Shown here piece by piece: positions 43,924-51,479 of a stretch of 64,000 bases of DNA. The stretch is from an uncultured delta proteobacterium (GTDB lineage Bacteria > Desulfobacterota > Binatia > UBA9968): contig CAVWLW010000073.1 of NCBI GenBank assembly GCA_963755715.1, forward strand, positions 1 to 64,000, in the 5' to 3' direction. The notes under the pieces were generated by a model. It was not told the DNA's origin. It saw only the letters and a program-made list of their open reading frames with translations, and searched no databases. Each line of letters starts with the position of its first letter. The stretch's first letter is position 1. The position numbers and the translations under genes are program-made.

Positions 43924-43942
43924 AAAACGGGAGGGCACAGAG

Positions 43943-46210
43943 ATGCTAATGGAAGACACAATCCAGCGGTGGACGGCCTGCGTCGATGCGCGCACGATCG
44001 AGACCTGTCGACTTGATTCGATGGACGGCTGGTTTCTGTTGGGCCTTTTTCTCCTTGTCTTGCTCGCGATCTACGCGTGCCGAAAGGTTTTGACCCTTAT
44101 CCTGACCTGGCGCGCGCTGGCTTGGCTGCCAAGCTTGTCGCGGCGCTTGTCGAATTGGGTGAAAGCGCGCGACTACACGGAAGAGGAATTTTTTCGCGCT
44201 GACGGCGCGGCAGGTCCGTGGGTTGAGCGACGCAAACAGGCTCTCGACCAGCTCGCCGCCCTTCTCCAGACGCAGCATCAACAGTCGATTGCTTGGGCCA
44301 AGGCGCTCTGCGACAGCTTTTCGGATCTCCGTTTCACCGACGCCAATCGAGTGCCGTTTCCCTTCGCGCGCGTGATGCGCGAAAAATTTAACCTTTGCTC
44401 CGTGGTCACGGCGTCGCAAGGTCCGCGACTAAAAAACCTCGACGGTCATTGGACGATCGACGTGAGCGGTTCCTATGGCGTCAACGTCGCGGGCTTCGAC
44501 CGTTACAAAGAGTGGATCGAAAAAGGTTGGGAGCGGGTCAAAGATCTCGGCGCGGTGTTGGGGCCGGTGCACCCGATCGTGGCCGACAATATTGCTAGGC
44601 TCAAGACCCTTTCGCACATGGACGAAGTGTCGTTTCACATGAGCGGCACCGAGGCGGTCATGGCCGCCGTGCGCCTGGCCCGTTTCAATACGCGGAGAAA
44701 ACTGATCGTCTGTTTTTCCGGTGCCTATCACGGCTGGTGGGACGGCGTGCAACCGGGGCTGGGCAGCGAGCGCCCCCTGGACGATTGTCTCACCCTCAAG
44801 GACCTCGATCCGAAATCGCTGGACGTGATCCGCCGCCGCGCGCGAGAAATCGCCGGCGTGCTGGTCAATCCGGTGCAATCGTTTCATCCCAACTCGCCGC
44901 CGCCCAACGATGCGATCCTGCTCACCAGCGATGTCCGGAAAACCGAGGACTCCACCGCGCGCTATGCCGAGTGGCTGCGCCAGTTGCGCGAACTGTGCAG
45001 CGCCTATGAGATTCCGCTGATTTTCGACGAAGTCTACTCCGGCTTTCGCCTCGCCCCTGGGGGCGCGCAGGAATACTTCGCCGTGCGCGCCGATATGGTC
45101 GTGTACGGGAAAACCGTGGCGGGCGGCCTGCCGATCGGCGTCGTGTGCGGCAAGAAAACACTGATGCGGCGCTTCGATCCGAAGTTGCCCATGCGCATCG
45201 CCTACGTTGTCGGCACGTTTTCCGGCCATCCGGGCGTGATGGGCGCGATGAACGAATTTTTGCGCTGGGTGAGCGCGACGGATACGGCAAAACTGTATGA
45301 GGAATCGAATCGGCGTTGCACCGAATGGGTGCGCGCGACCAATCAAAAATTGGTCGCTGCCACGCTGCCCCTGCGCCTGGTGAACCTGGCGACGATATGG
45401 ACGGTGCTCTTCAAAGAACCCAGCCGCTACAATTGGCTGCTGCAGTACTATCTGCGCGCCGAAGGGGTCACGCTCAGTTGGGTCGGCACCGGGCGCTGCT
45501 TAAGCAGCATGGACTTTACGAATGATGACTATCTTGCCTTGCAGGAAAAACTACTCAACGCCGCGCGCCAGATGAAAAGTGACGCCTGGTGGTTGACCGC
45601 AAAAGAATATCCGGGAAGGGAGAAAAATATGCGCACGCGTCTCATACGGGAAATGTTGGGGAGTCTGGTTCAAGTGCCCAAGCCTTTGACGACCTTTTAT
45701 GCGGAAGTGATGCGGCGAAAAGCAGACGATCATCACGCTTCGCACAGCAATGGAATCAACCAATTTTTTCATCTGTTGAGCTCCAGCGTCTTTATTTATT
45801 GCTACATTTTGGCGTTTGCCGATCTCACCACGGCGATGTGTTTAGGATTGGCTTCCCTGTTTGTGCGCCAATTCGGCCACGCGATCTTGGAGCCCCCTTG
45901 CCACGACAAGGAAGCTTTGCTGTTGGGTTACAACACGCGCAATAAGACGCTGATCGTGCTCGGCTATGTAGCGATTCCGATCGTTCAGATGATGCAGGCC
46001 GGCGCGTGGTCGCTGACGGTCTTTAGAGCGCTCATTGCTCCCATCGCGCTCAATTGGTTTCTTTGGACGCTGCTCGTAGTGCTCGGACGGGTAACTTATC
46101 TCGTGTGGAAACACGACTTTCGCATCTCGATGATTTGGTTTATCAAACTGATTACCGATCCTTTGACCGATATCTTTGCCTATTTTCCGCGCTGGCCGCA
46201 GCGCGCCTGA
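43943..46210 (+). CDS. Class-III PLP aminotransferase/aminomutase (HemL-like) with N-terminal TM and C-terminal Mpo1-like membrane domain
   Basis: SGTEAVMAAVRLAR, GAYHG, LIFDEVYSGFR, YGKTVAGGLPIG (PLP Lys); C-terminal HHASHSNGINQFFH and QFGHAILEPP. Confidence 0.85.
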   Translation: MLMEDTIQRWTACVDARTIETCRLDSMDGWFLLGLFLLVLLAIYACRKVLTLILTWRALAWLPSLSRRLSNWVKARDYTEEEFFRADGAAGPWVERRKQALDQLAALLQTQHQQSIAWAKALCDSFSDLRFTDANRVPFPFARVMREKFNLCSVVTASQGPRLKNLDGHWTIDVSGSYGVNVAGFDRYKEWIEKGWERVKDLGAVLGPVHPIVADNIARLKTLSHMDEVSFHMSGTEAVMAAVRLARFNTRRKLIVCFSGAYHGWWDGVQPGLGSERPLDDCLTLKDLDPKSLDVIRRRAREIAGVLVNPVQSFHPNSPPPNDAILLTSDVRKTEDSTARYAEWLRQLRELCSAYEIPLIFDEVYSGFRLAPGGAQEYFAVRADMVVYGKTVAGGLPIGVVCGKKTLMRRFDPKLPMRIAYVVGTFSGHPGVMGAMNEFLRWVSATDTAKLYEESNRRCTEWVRATNQKLVAATLPLRLVNLATIWTVLFKEPSRYNWLLQYYLRAEGVTLSWVGTGRCLSSMDFTNDDYLALQEKLLNAARQMKSDAWWLTAKEYPGREKNMRTRLIREMLGSLVQVPKPLTTFYAEVMRRKADDHHASHSNGINQFFHLLSSSVFIYCYILAFADLTTAMCLGLASLFVRQFGHAILEPPCHDKEALLLGYNTRNKTLIVLGYVAIPIVQMMQAGAWSLTVFRALIAPIALNWFLWTLLVVLGRVTYLVWKHDFRISMIWFIKLITDPLTDIFAYFPRWPQRA

Positions 46211-46249
46211 TCCAGCTTCGCCATATCTCAGGACGAAACACCTTGTCAC

Positions 46250-46786
46250 GTGAGTCTATGGATCTTTCTTTGTGCCGCGGCATTGCTGAGCCTGGAGCGG
46301 ATTTGCTACCTGTGGATTTGGCGCGCACCCGGAGCTTTCTGTGCCCTGTGCGCCCGTCCCGCAATCACGCGGATCGGCACGCCGGTCGATGTCTTACAGT
46401 TCCTTTTTTGTGGCTTCAAGATACTGCAATGCGCCGTGTTTCTCGCTTGGTGTTTTGCCTATGGAAACGGATCGCTGTGGCCGCCCAGCAGCGATCCGCT
46501 GTCCTTGACGCTTGGAGCGGCGCTCTTGATCGGCGGTCAAATCCTCAATATCAGCGTGTTCTATCGCCTGGGCAAGGTCGGGGTATTTTATGGCAATAAG
46601 TTCGGCTACCCAACGTCTTGGGTGCGCAAGTTTCCGTTTTCGTGTTTAAGACATCCCCAGTATATCGGCGCTTTGCTGTCCATCTGGGGGTTTTTCTTGG
46701 TGATGCGTTTTCCCCAGGACGATTGGTATATCCTGCCCGCACTCGAAACGCTGTATTACGTTCTCGGCGCGTATTGGGAGCAATAA
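46250..46786 (+). CDS. PEMT-family phospholipid N-methyltransferase (plant PLMT/Opi3-like)
   Basis: LN..VFYRLGKVGVFYGNKFG...WVRKFPFSCLRHPQYIG; ~4 TM. Confidence 0.8.
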   Translation: MSLWIFLCAAALLSLERICYLWIWRAPGAFCALCARPAITRIGTPVDVLQFLFCGFKILQCAVFLAWCFAYGNGSLWPPSSDPLSLTLGAALLIGGQILNISVFYRLGKVGVFYGNKFGYPTSWVRKFPFSCLRHPQYIGALLSIWGFFLVMRFPQDDWYILPALETLYYVLGAYWEQ

Positions 46787-46808
46787 TTGGAAACCTGCGC
46801 GACCCTGT

Positions 46809-47144
46809 TCAATGGGCACCGATGCAGCGCTTGCTTTCGGCTTCGATCTCCCAGGCCTGCAAGCATCTACGAATCCCATGCGCGCTCAAGCCGAGCACGG
46901 CGCATATGGACTCGAAGGAATACAGATCCTCGCGATCGTTTTGAAAAAACCACGCACGATCGGCTTTGAACAATTTATTCGGGTTATGCAAATTTTTGCG
47001 AAAGTTCAGCAAGGCATCCTTCAATACGGCCAGCATGAGATCGCACTCCGGAAGCGCATGTTCGTTGCTTCTAACTGTACGCCAAAAAATAGCGCTCTCC
47101 ACGTCGTCGCTTTCTGGGTATTGAATCGTTGAGATCAAATCCAT
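46809..47144 (-). CDS. Conserved hypothetical protein
   Basis: AAAGGAG SD; PExxLMLAVLxDA...W...FSFESICxVLGL pattern. Confidence 0.7.
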   Translation of the reverse strand: MDLISTIQYPESDDVESAIFWRTVRSNEHALPECDLMLAVLKDALLNFRKNLHNPNKLFKADRAWFFQNDREDLYSFESICAVLGLSAHGIRRCLQAWEIEAESKRCIGAH

Positions 47145-47255
47145 GGCGCTGCTCCTTTCCGATCGAATCTAGGCTCGCGCATTTCCGGCTACCGATCCCA
47201 ATGGCCGTCAAGATCGCGACACCGCCGTCAAAGGTCAGTATTGTGGATACCAACG

Positions 47256-47282
47256 GTTACGGTGAGATTAACACGCCGCTAA
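47256..47282 (-). promoter_or_regulatory. Pho-box-like array upstream of the 111-aa hypothetical gene
   Basis: TTAGC-N6-TTAAT-N6-GTAAC, then 10 nt and CACAAT. Confidence 0.55.
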
Positions 47283-47428
47283 ATTTGCCGACGTTTGCTC
47301 CGCCGCTTGAGCCGCCGAGCCACATCGGTAGCTTTATCTCGGTTCGGTTACAACGTTCCTGACAGCTACGATTTGAAGCTCAAACGGGCGCCACAGACAC
47401 TCCGCTGTCGCGTTCATTCGATTCCAAG

Positions 47429-47962
47429 TCAAAAACTCTCGGCGATCTCTCCAAGCACAGGCACTCGCCACACGGGTGTGGAACGCGTGGACTGATGAGG
47501 TTCGATCGAAAGAACCGGACAAGGCGCGTTCCTGCTGACAGTTTCAGCGATGCGGCGCGTGAAAAACCGAGTGAGCGCGCTTTTTTTGCGCCGGGACAAA
47601 ACGATCAGATCGACATCCTCCTGGATTGCTGCGACAACAATTTCCTCCGCCGCTCTACCCTGCCCTGCCCTGGGTTTCCACGCGACGCCGCTACTTTCAG
47701 CGCCGAACGTGGCACAGACAAACTGCCTCACGCGGTATTCGGCTTCCGTGAGAAGCTGATCCGTTTTGAACTTGGACAGCAGTTGCGACCATTGATAGTA
47801 AGGCTCCACTTCACAGCAAGCGTATTGGCTCAGACGGGGAAACAACGTCGCATGGAAAATAATCAGTTGAGCACGATTTTTTTTAGCCAGCGAGAGCCCG
47901 TAAGCAATCCCGTCTTTGGAATTGACCGTGAGATCCGTCGGGCAGAGAATTCTTTGACTCAT
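47429..47962 (-). CDS. Universal stress protein
   Basis: AGGAGG SD; RILCPTD, DVDLIVL, AETVSRNAPCPVL. Confidence 0.88.
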   Translation of the reverse strand: MSQRILCPTDLTVNSKDGIAYGLSLAKKNRAQLIIFHATLFPRLSQYACCEVEPYYQWSQLLSKFKTDQLLTEAEYRVRQFVCATFGAESSGVAWKPRAGQGRAAEEIVVAAIQEDVDLIVLSRRKKSALTRFFTRRIAETVSRNAPCPVLSIEPHQSTRSTPVWRVPVLGEIAESF

Positions 47963-48259
47963 TTTAAAACCTCCTGCAAAAATTAGGTCCACTCATCCAC
48001 GCTCGCTTTTCGTCGCGAGTACAGCTTGAAAGTCTTTATCGTCGGATGAATTACCTTAACTGATTTCTTGCTTGGTTAAAGAAGGCAGGGTTGCGGGTGC
48101 GCAGAAATCCGATGAAGTCTTTGTAAACGGCATGGAGAACAATAAAAACCAGGCCACGGAACCGGAGTCGAGAGATTACGAACCCGGCGTGAACGATCAC
48201 GGCCACTAAAGAATTGCGAGGCGAAAGTCCGGACACGGATGCCGAAGCAGTAAGCCGCG

Positions 48260-48796
48260 CTATGACGCCAGCAACCAAGACGCGACGTATCCGCCGATCA
48301 GGCCGCCGGCAATCACATCGGTAGGATAATGTAGACCGAGGACAACACGAGACAGCGCGATCAAACTGCTGGCGGGAATGAGCACAAGAGACAACTCTGC
48401 GTGGTGCGCGCCAGCGATCATAGAGAAAGCAACCGCGTGCATCGTATGTCCCGAAGGAAAACTGTATTGGTCGAGCGGTGCGGTGCCGAGACAGATCTCT
48501 TTGCTGACGACATCGGGTCGAGGTCGGCCGGTGAGATTTTTGACAGCCTTGTAGAGCGCCAAGTTGACGATGCCGACAATCACCATATTCCAGGAAGTCG
48601 CCAGCCCCTTCTCGCCGTAGATCAAGGGCAGTGCGACCATGAGCAAGTACCAAGCTTTGCCATCGCCGATCCAACTGACCAGGACAAAGAACTTTTTGAT
48701 TTTTGGCGCGCGGGACATACGGTTCAGCAGCCCGCAAACAACGATCTCACGGTCCGCGACCCATCTGACCAGCACAATCGATTGAACCTTACCCAT
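48260..48796 (-). CDS. PAP2 family lipid phosphatase
   Basis: KxxxxRPRP, SFPSGH, SRVVLGLHYPTDV. Confidence 0.92.
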   Translation of the reverse strand: MGKVQSIVLVRWVADREIVVCGLLNRMSRAPKIKKFFVLVSWIGDGKAWYLLMVALPLIYGEKGLATSWNMVIVGIVNLALYKAVKNLTGRPRPDVVSKEICLGTAPLDQYSFPSGHTMHAVAFSMIAGAHHAELSLVLIPASSLIALSRVVLGLHYPTDVIAGGLIGGYVASWLLAS

Positions 48797-48835
48797 AGGA
48801 GTTTCCCGACTCGGAAGAAATTTTCGCCGTTGGAA

Positions 48836-48873
48836 ATTGCATTCTCTTAAACGGGCGGTTAAATGTTCTTGAC
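48836..48873 (-). promoter_or_regulatory. Pho-box-like array upstream of PAP2
   Basis: GTCAA-N6-TTAAC-N6-TTTAA-N6-GCAAT, then 10 nt and GAAAAT. Confidence 0.65.
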
Positions 48874-49024
48874 GCCTTTCCCCGCTGCAACCACCCTTCT
48901 CTCGAGTCTCTGCTCAAACAAACCGTCGCAAAAGGTCTCATAACGCGTAGTGTCAAAATCGCCATTGACGCCAGCGTTATCAGGCGCGTATGCTTCCGGC
49001 CAAATCGTCTTTTGGAGGTGCTCC

Positions 49025-49660
49025 ATGTTTGAGATCGGCGGTAAACAGATTCCAGCGACTTTGGCGGAGCTCGTAGAACCCAAGCGTGCGGCGTTGTTGC
49101 TTTGGGACATGGAAAACGCCATCGCCCCCAATGCGTTCAACTACCAAGACATCCTGGCCAATCTAAAAATGCTCGCCGCGCTCGCTCGCGAGAGCGGCGT
49201 GCCGGTTTTCTATTCCGTACAAACCGGCTTTGATTTATTGAAAGAAGAAGCCGGCGTCTGGGTGCGCGTGCGCATGAAACGGGCCAAGGCCACGGAGCCA
49301 AGTCAACTGTTGAAAGAGAAAGAAGATCCGCATGACCGGGAAATCGTCGAGCCGCTCAAGCCTCAGGCGAAAGATATCGTCTTTCAAAAGCGCCGGCCCG
49401 ATGGCTTCGTCGGCACCGACTTCGATCTCATGTTGCGCAGCAACGGCGTGCGTACGATCTTGATCGGCGGCGTCGCCACCGAAGGCGGCGTTGAAGGCAC
49501 GGCGCGCAGCGCGCGAAATCTCGGCTACGACGTCGTCGTCTTGAAAGACTGCGTCGGCTCGCGCAACCGCGAGCTCCACGAGCTCGCCTTGAAGCTCATG
49601 GAGCAGACTCACTTCGACGTCGCCACGTCAGGTGAGATCGCAAATATCTGGCGGCGTTAG
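49025..49660 (+). CDS. Isochorismatase/cysteine hydrolase family protein (nucleophile Cys replaced)
   Basis: ALLLWDMEN, KRRPDGF.GTD, GVATEGGVEGTAR. Confidence 0.85.
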   Translation: MFEIGGKQIPATLAELVEPKRAALLLWDMENAIAPNAFNYQDILANLKMLAALARESGVPVFYSVQTGFDLLKEEAGVWVRVRMKRAKATEPSQLLKEKEDPHDREIVEPLKPQAKDIVFQKRRPDGFVGTDFDLMLRSNGVRTILIGGVATEGGVEGTARSARNLGYDVVVLKDCVGSRNRELHELALKLMEQTHFDVATSGEIANIWRR

Positions 49661-49674
49661 GGAACGATCGCACT

Positions 49675-50656
49675 ATGCGGATCGCTTGGCTTGCCGCCTT
49701 CTCCATTGGCTTGTTTTCGTCACTTGTTCGCGCCGCCGATGAAAGGACCATCGAAGCCGCGCGCAAAGAAGGCGCGGTGAGTTTCTACACCACCATGGCG
49801 GCCACGGAGAGCAAGCTTTTCGCCGACGCCTTTCAAAGTAAATATCCATCTCTCAAAGTCGAGATCACCCGCCTCGGCAGCGACAAATTACTGCAACGGA
49901 TACTCACCGAAAACCGCGCCGGCCGCGGACTGTTTGACGCAACCAGCAACAGCGGCTTCGAAATGCACTTGTTGAACAAGGCACGCTTACTCGCCCGTTA
50001 TCAGTCGCCGGAATTCAACGCCTTCGTTGCCGACTCCAAGGACCGCGCAGGATATTGGGTCGATATGTATTCCAACGTCCGAGTTCTCACTTACAACAGT
50101 CGGTCTGGTGCCCAAGGAAAAGGTGCCGCGCAATTATGAGGACCTCCTCGATCCGGGATGGAAGGGCGCCATCGGTTTTCCCGAAGCGCAGTACGCCTGG
50201 TACGGCACAATGCTGCGTGTGATGGGCGAAGAGAAAGGCAAAAAATTTATGCAGGCGCTCGGACGCCAGGAGCTTCAGTACCGCGCCTCGCAGGTTTTGA
50301 TCACCCAATTCGTCGCCGCCGGAGAATTCAATTTGGGCTTTGTCTATGACAACCAGGTACTCCGATTCAAGAAAGAAGGGGCACCGCTCGGCGTGGCGCC
50401 GCTGCCGTTCGTGACCAAGAATATGCACCCGCTGGGCCTCGCCGCCGCCGCGCCGCATCCGAACGCCGGCAAACTGTTCATCGACTACATGCTATCGCGG
50501 GAGGCGCAGACACTGATGAAAGCTCTTGGCCGCGTCGTCTCTCGATCGGATATTTCTCAGGACGAGCTCGGCCGCTTCAAGCTGATCGCCGACGATGTCA
50601 CCCTGGCCGACCGCATCAATCCACTGATGGAAGAATATAAAAAATATTTCCAATGA
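49675..50656 (+). CDS. ABC extracellular solute-binding protein (AfuA-like), frameshift ~50100
   Basis: ARKEGAVSFYT, DLLDPGWKG, APHPNAGKLFIDY. Confidence 0.82.
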
Positions 50657-50811
50657 AGAGAATCAGAAAGAGCACGAGGCGCGCGCTTTGTCGGACGTTT
50701 GATCGGCGACGGAATGCGCCTCAGACAGCCGCTACGATGCGAGGCGGCGCTTGCTAGACACCGCCTCGCAAATTATGCCGTAGCGACCGTCAGCCGATTC
50801 GGCAATCGGGG

Positions 50812-51312
50812 TCAAAGAGGCTGATAGGCGAGGCGTTTCATCTTTTGTGTGTTCTTTCCCTCGATGCGTAACAACCCCGTTGTGGCGACCCGCTTCGGCG
50901 AGTGCACGTCGCCTTCGTTGTAAATGTGCGCCATCCCAGGTTTGAGCGCGTAGACTCGGGCGCGCCGGACTTTTCCCGGTTTGCCGTCGGCGGCGGGCTC
51001 GATAATTTCCCAATCGCTCATTTCCGTCTCGCCGAATGCTTGGCCATAGATCGCCCAGGAGCTGCCGTGATCGTGCGGATTGGCTTCTCTCGCGTCACGG
51101 TTTACATGGGCACAGACACAAAAACCCAGTTGGGGATCTTCATAGATGATCTGCCGATCGGGTGTGTTGTCGTTGACGTAAGTCGCAATGAACTTTTCGT
51201 CTTTCAGCGCCGCTTCGACCAGAGCGCGAACTTTTTCACGCCCAGTCGGGCTGGGATCTTCTTTCAAGACACGCTGAACATCGGCTGCGAATGATTCGAG
51301 TGTAAGCGCCAT
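50812..51312 (-). CDS. Cupin, cysteine/thiol dioxygenase-like
   Basis: PHDHGSSWAIYG and GDVHSP 3-His motif; AAGGAG SD. Confidence 0.75.
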   Translation of the reverse strand: MALTLESFAADVQRVLKEDPSPTGREKVRALVEAALKDEKFIATYVNDNTPDRQIIYEDPQLGFCVCAHVNRDAREANPHDHGSSWAIYGQAFGETEMSDWEIIEPAADGKPGKVRRARVYALKPGMAHIYNEGDVHSPKRVATTGLLRIEGKNTQKMKRLAYQPL

Positions 51313-51479
51313 AGCAAGTCTCCTTTTCCGTGGCTCAAAAACGTATTCGGTCAATAAGACAAAATTTAAGCTACTGCAACACCCGGTAGCGCTGTCTCGG
51401 CTCGGACCCGGTTCGGGACAAACTCACAACCTCAGAGAAGATCGCTTCAACGACACCCTGAGTCCGACAGTAGAATGAC

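Noticed and set aside
43943-46210. Housekeeping hemL
   Set aside because: Extra TM and Mpo1-like domains, lipid/Pho context and no hem genes
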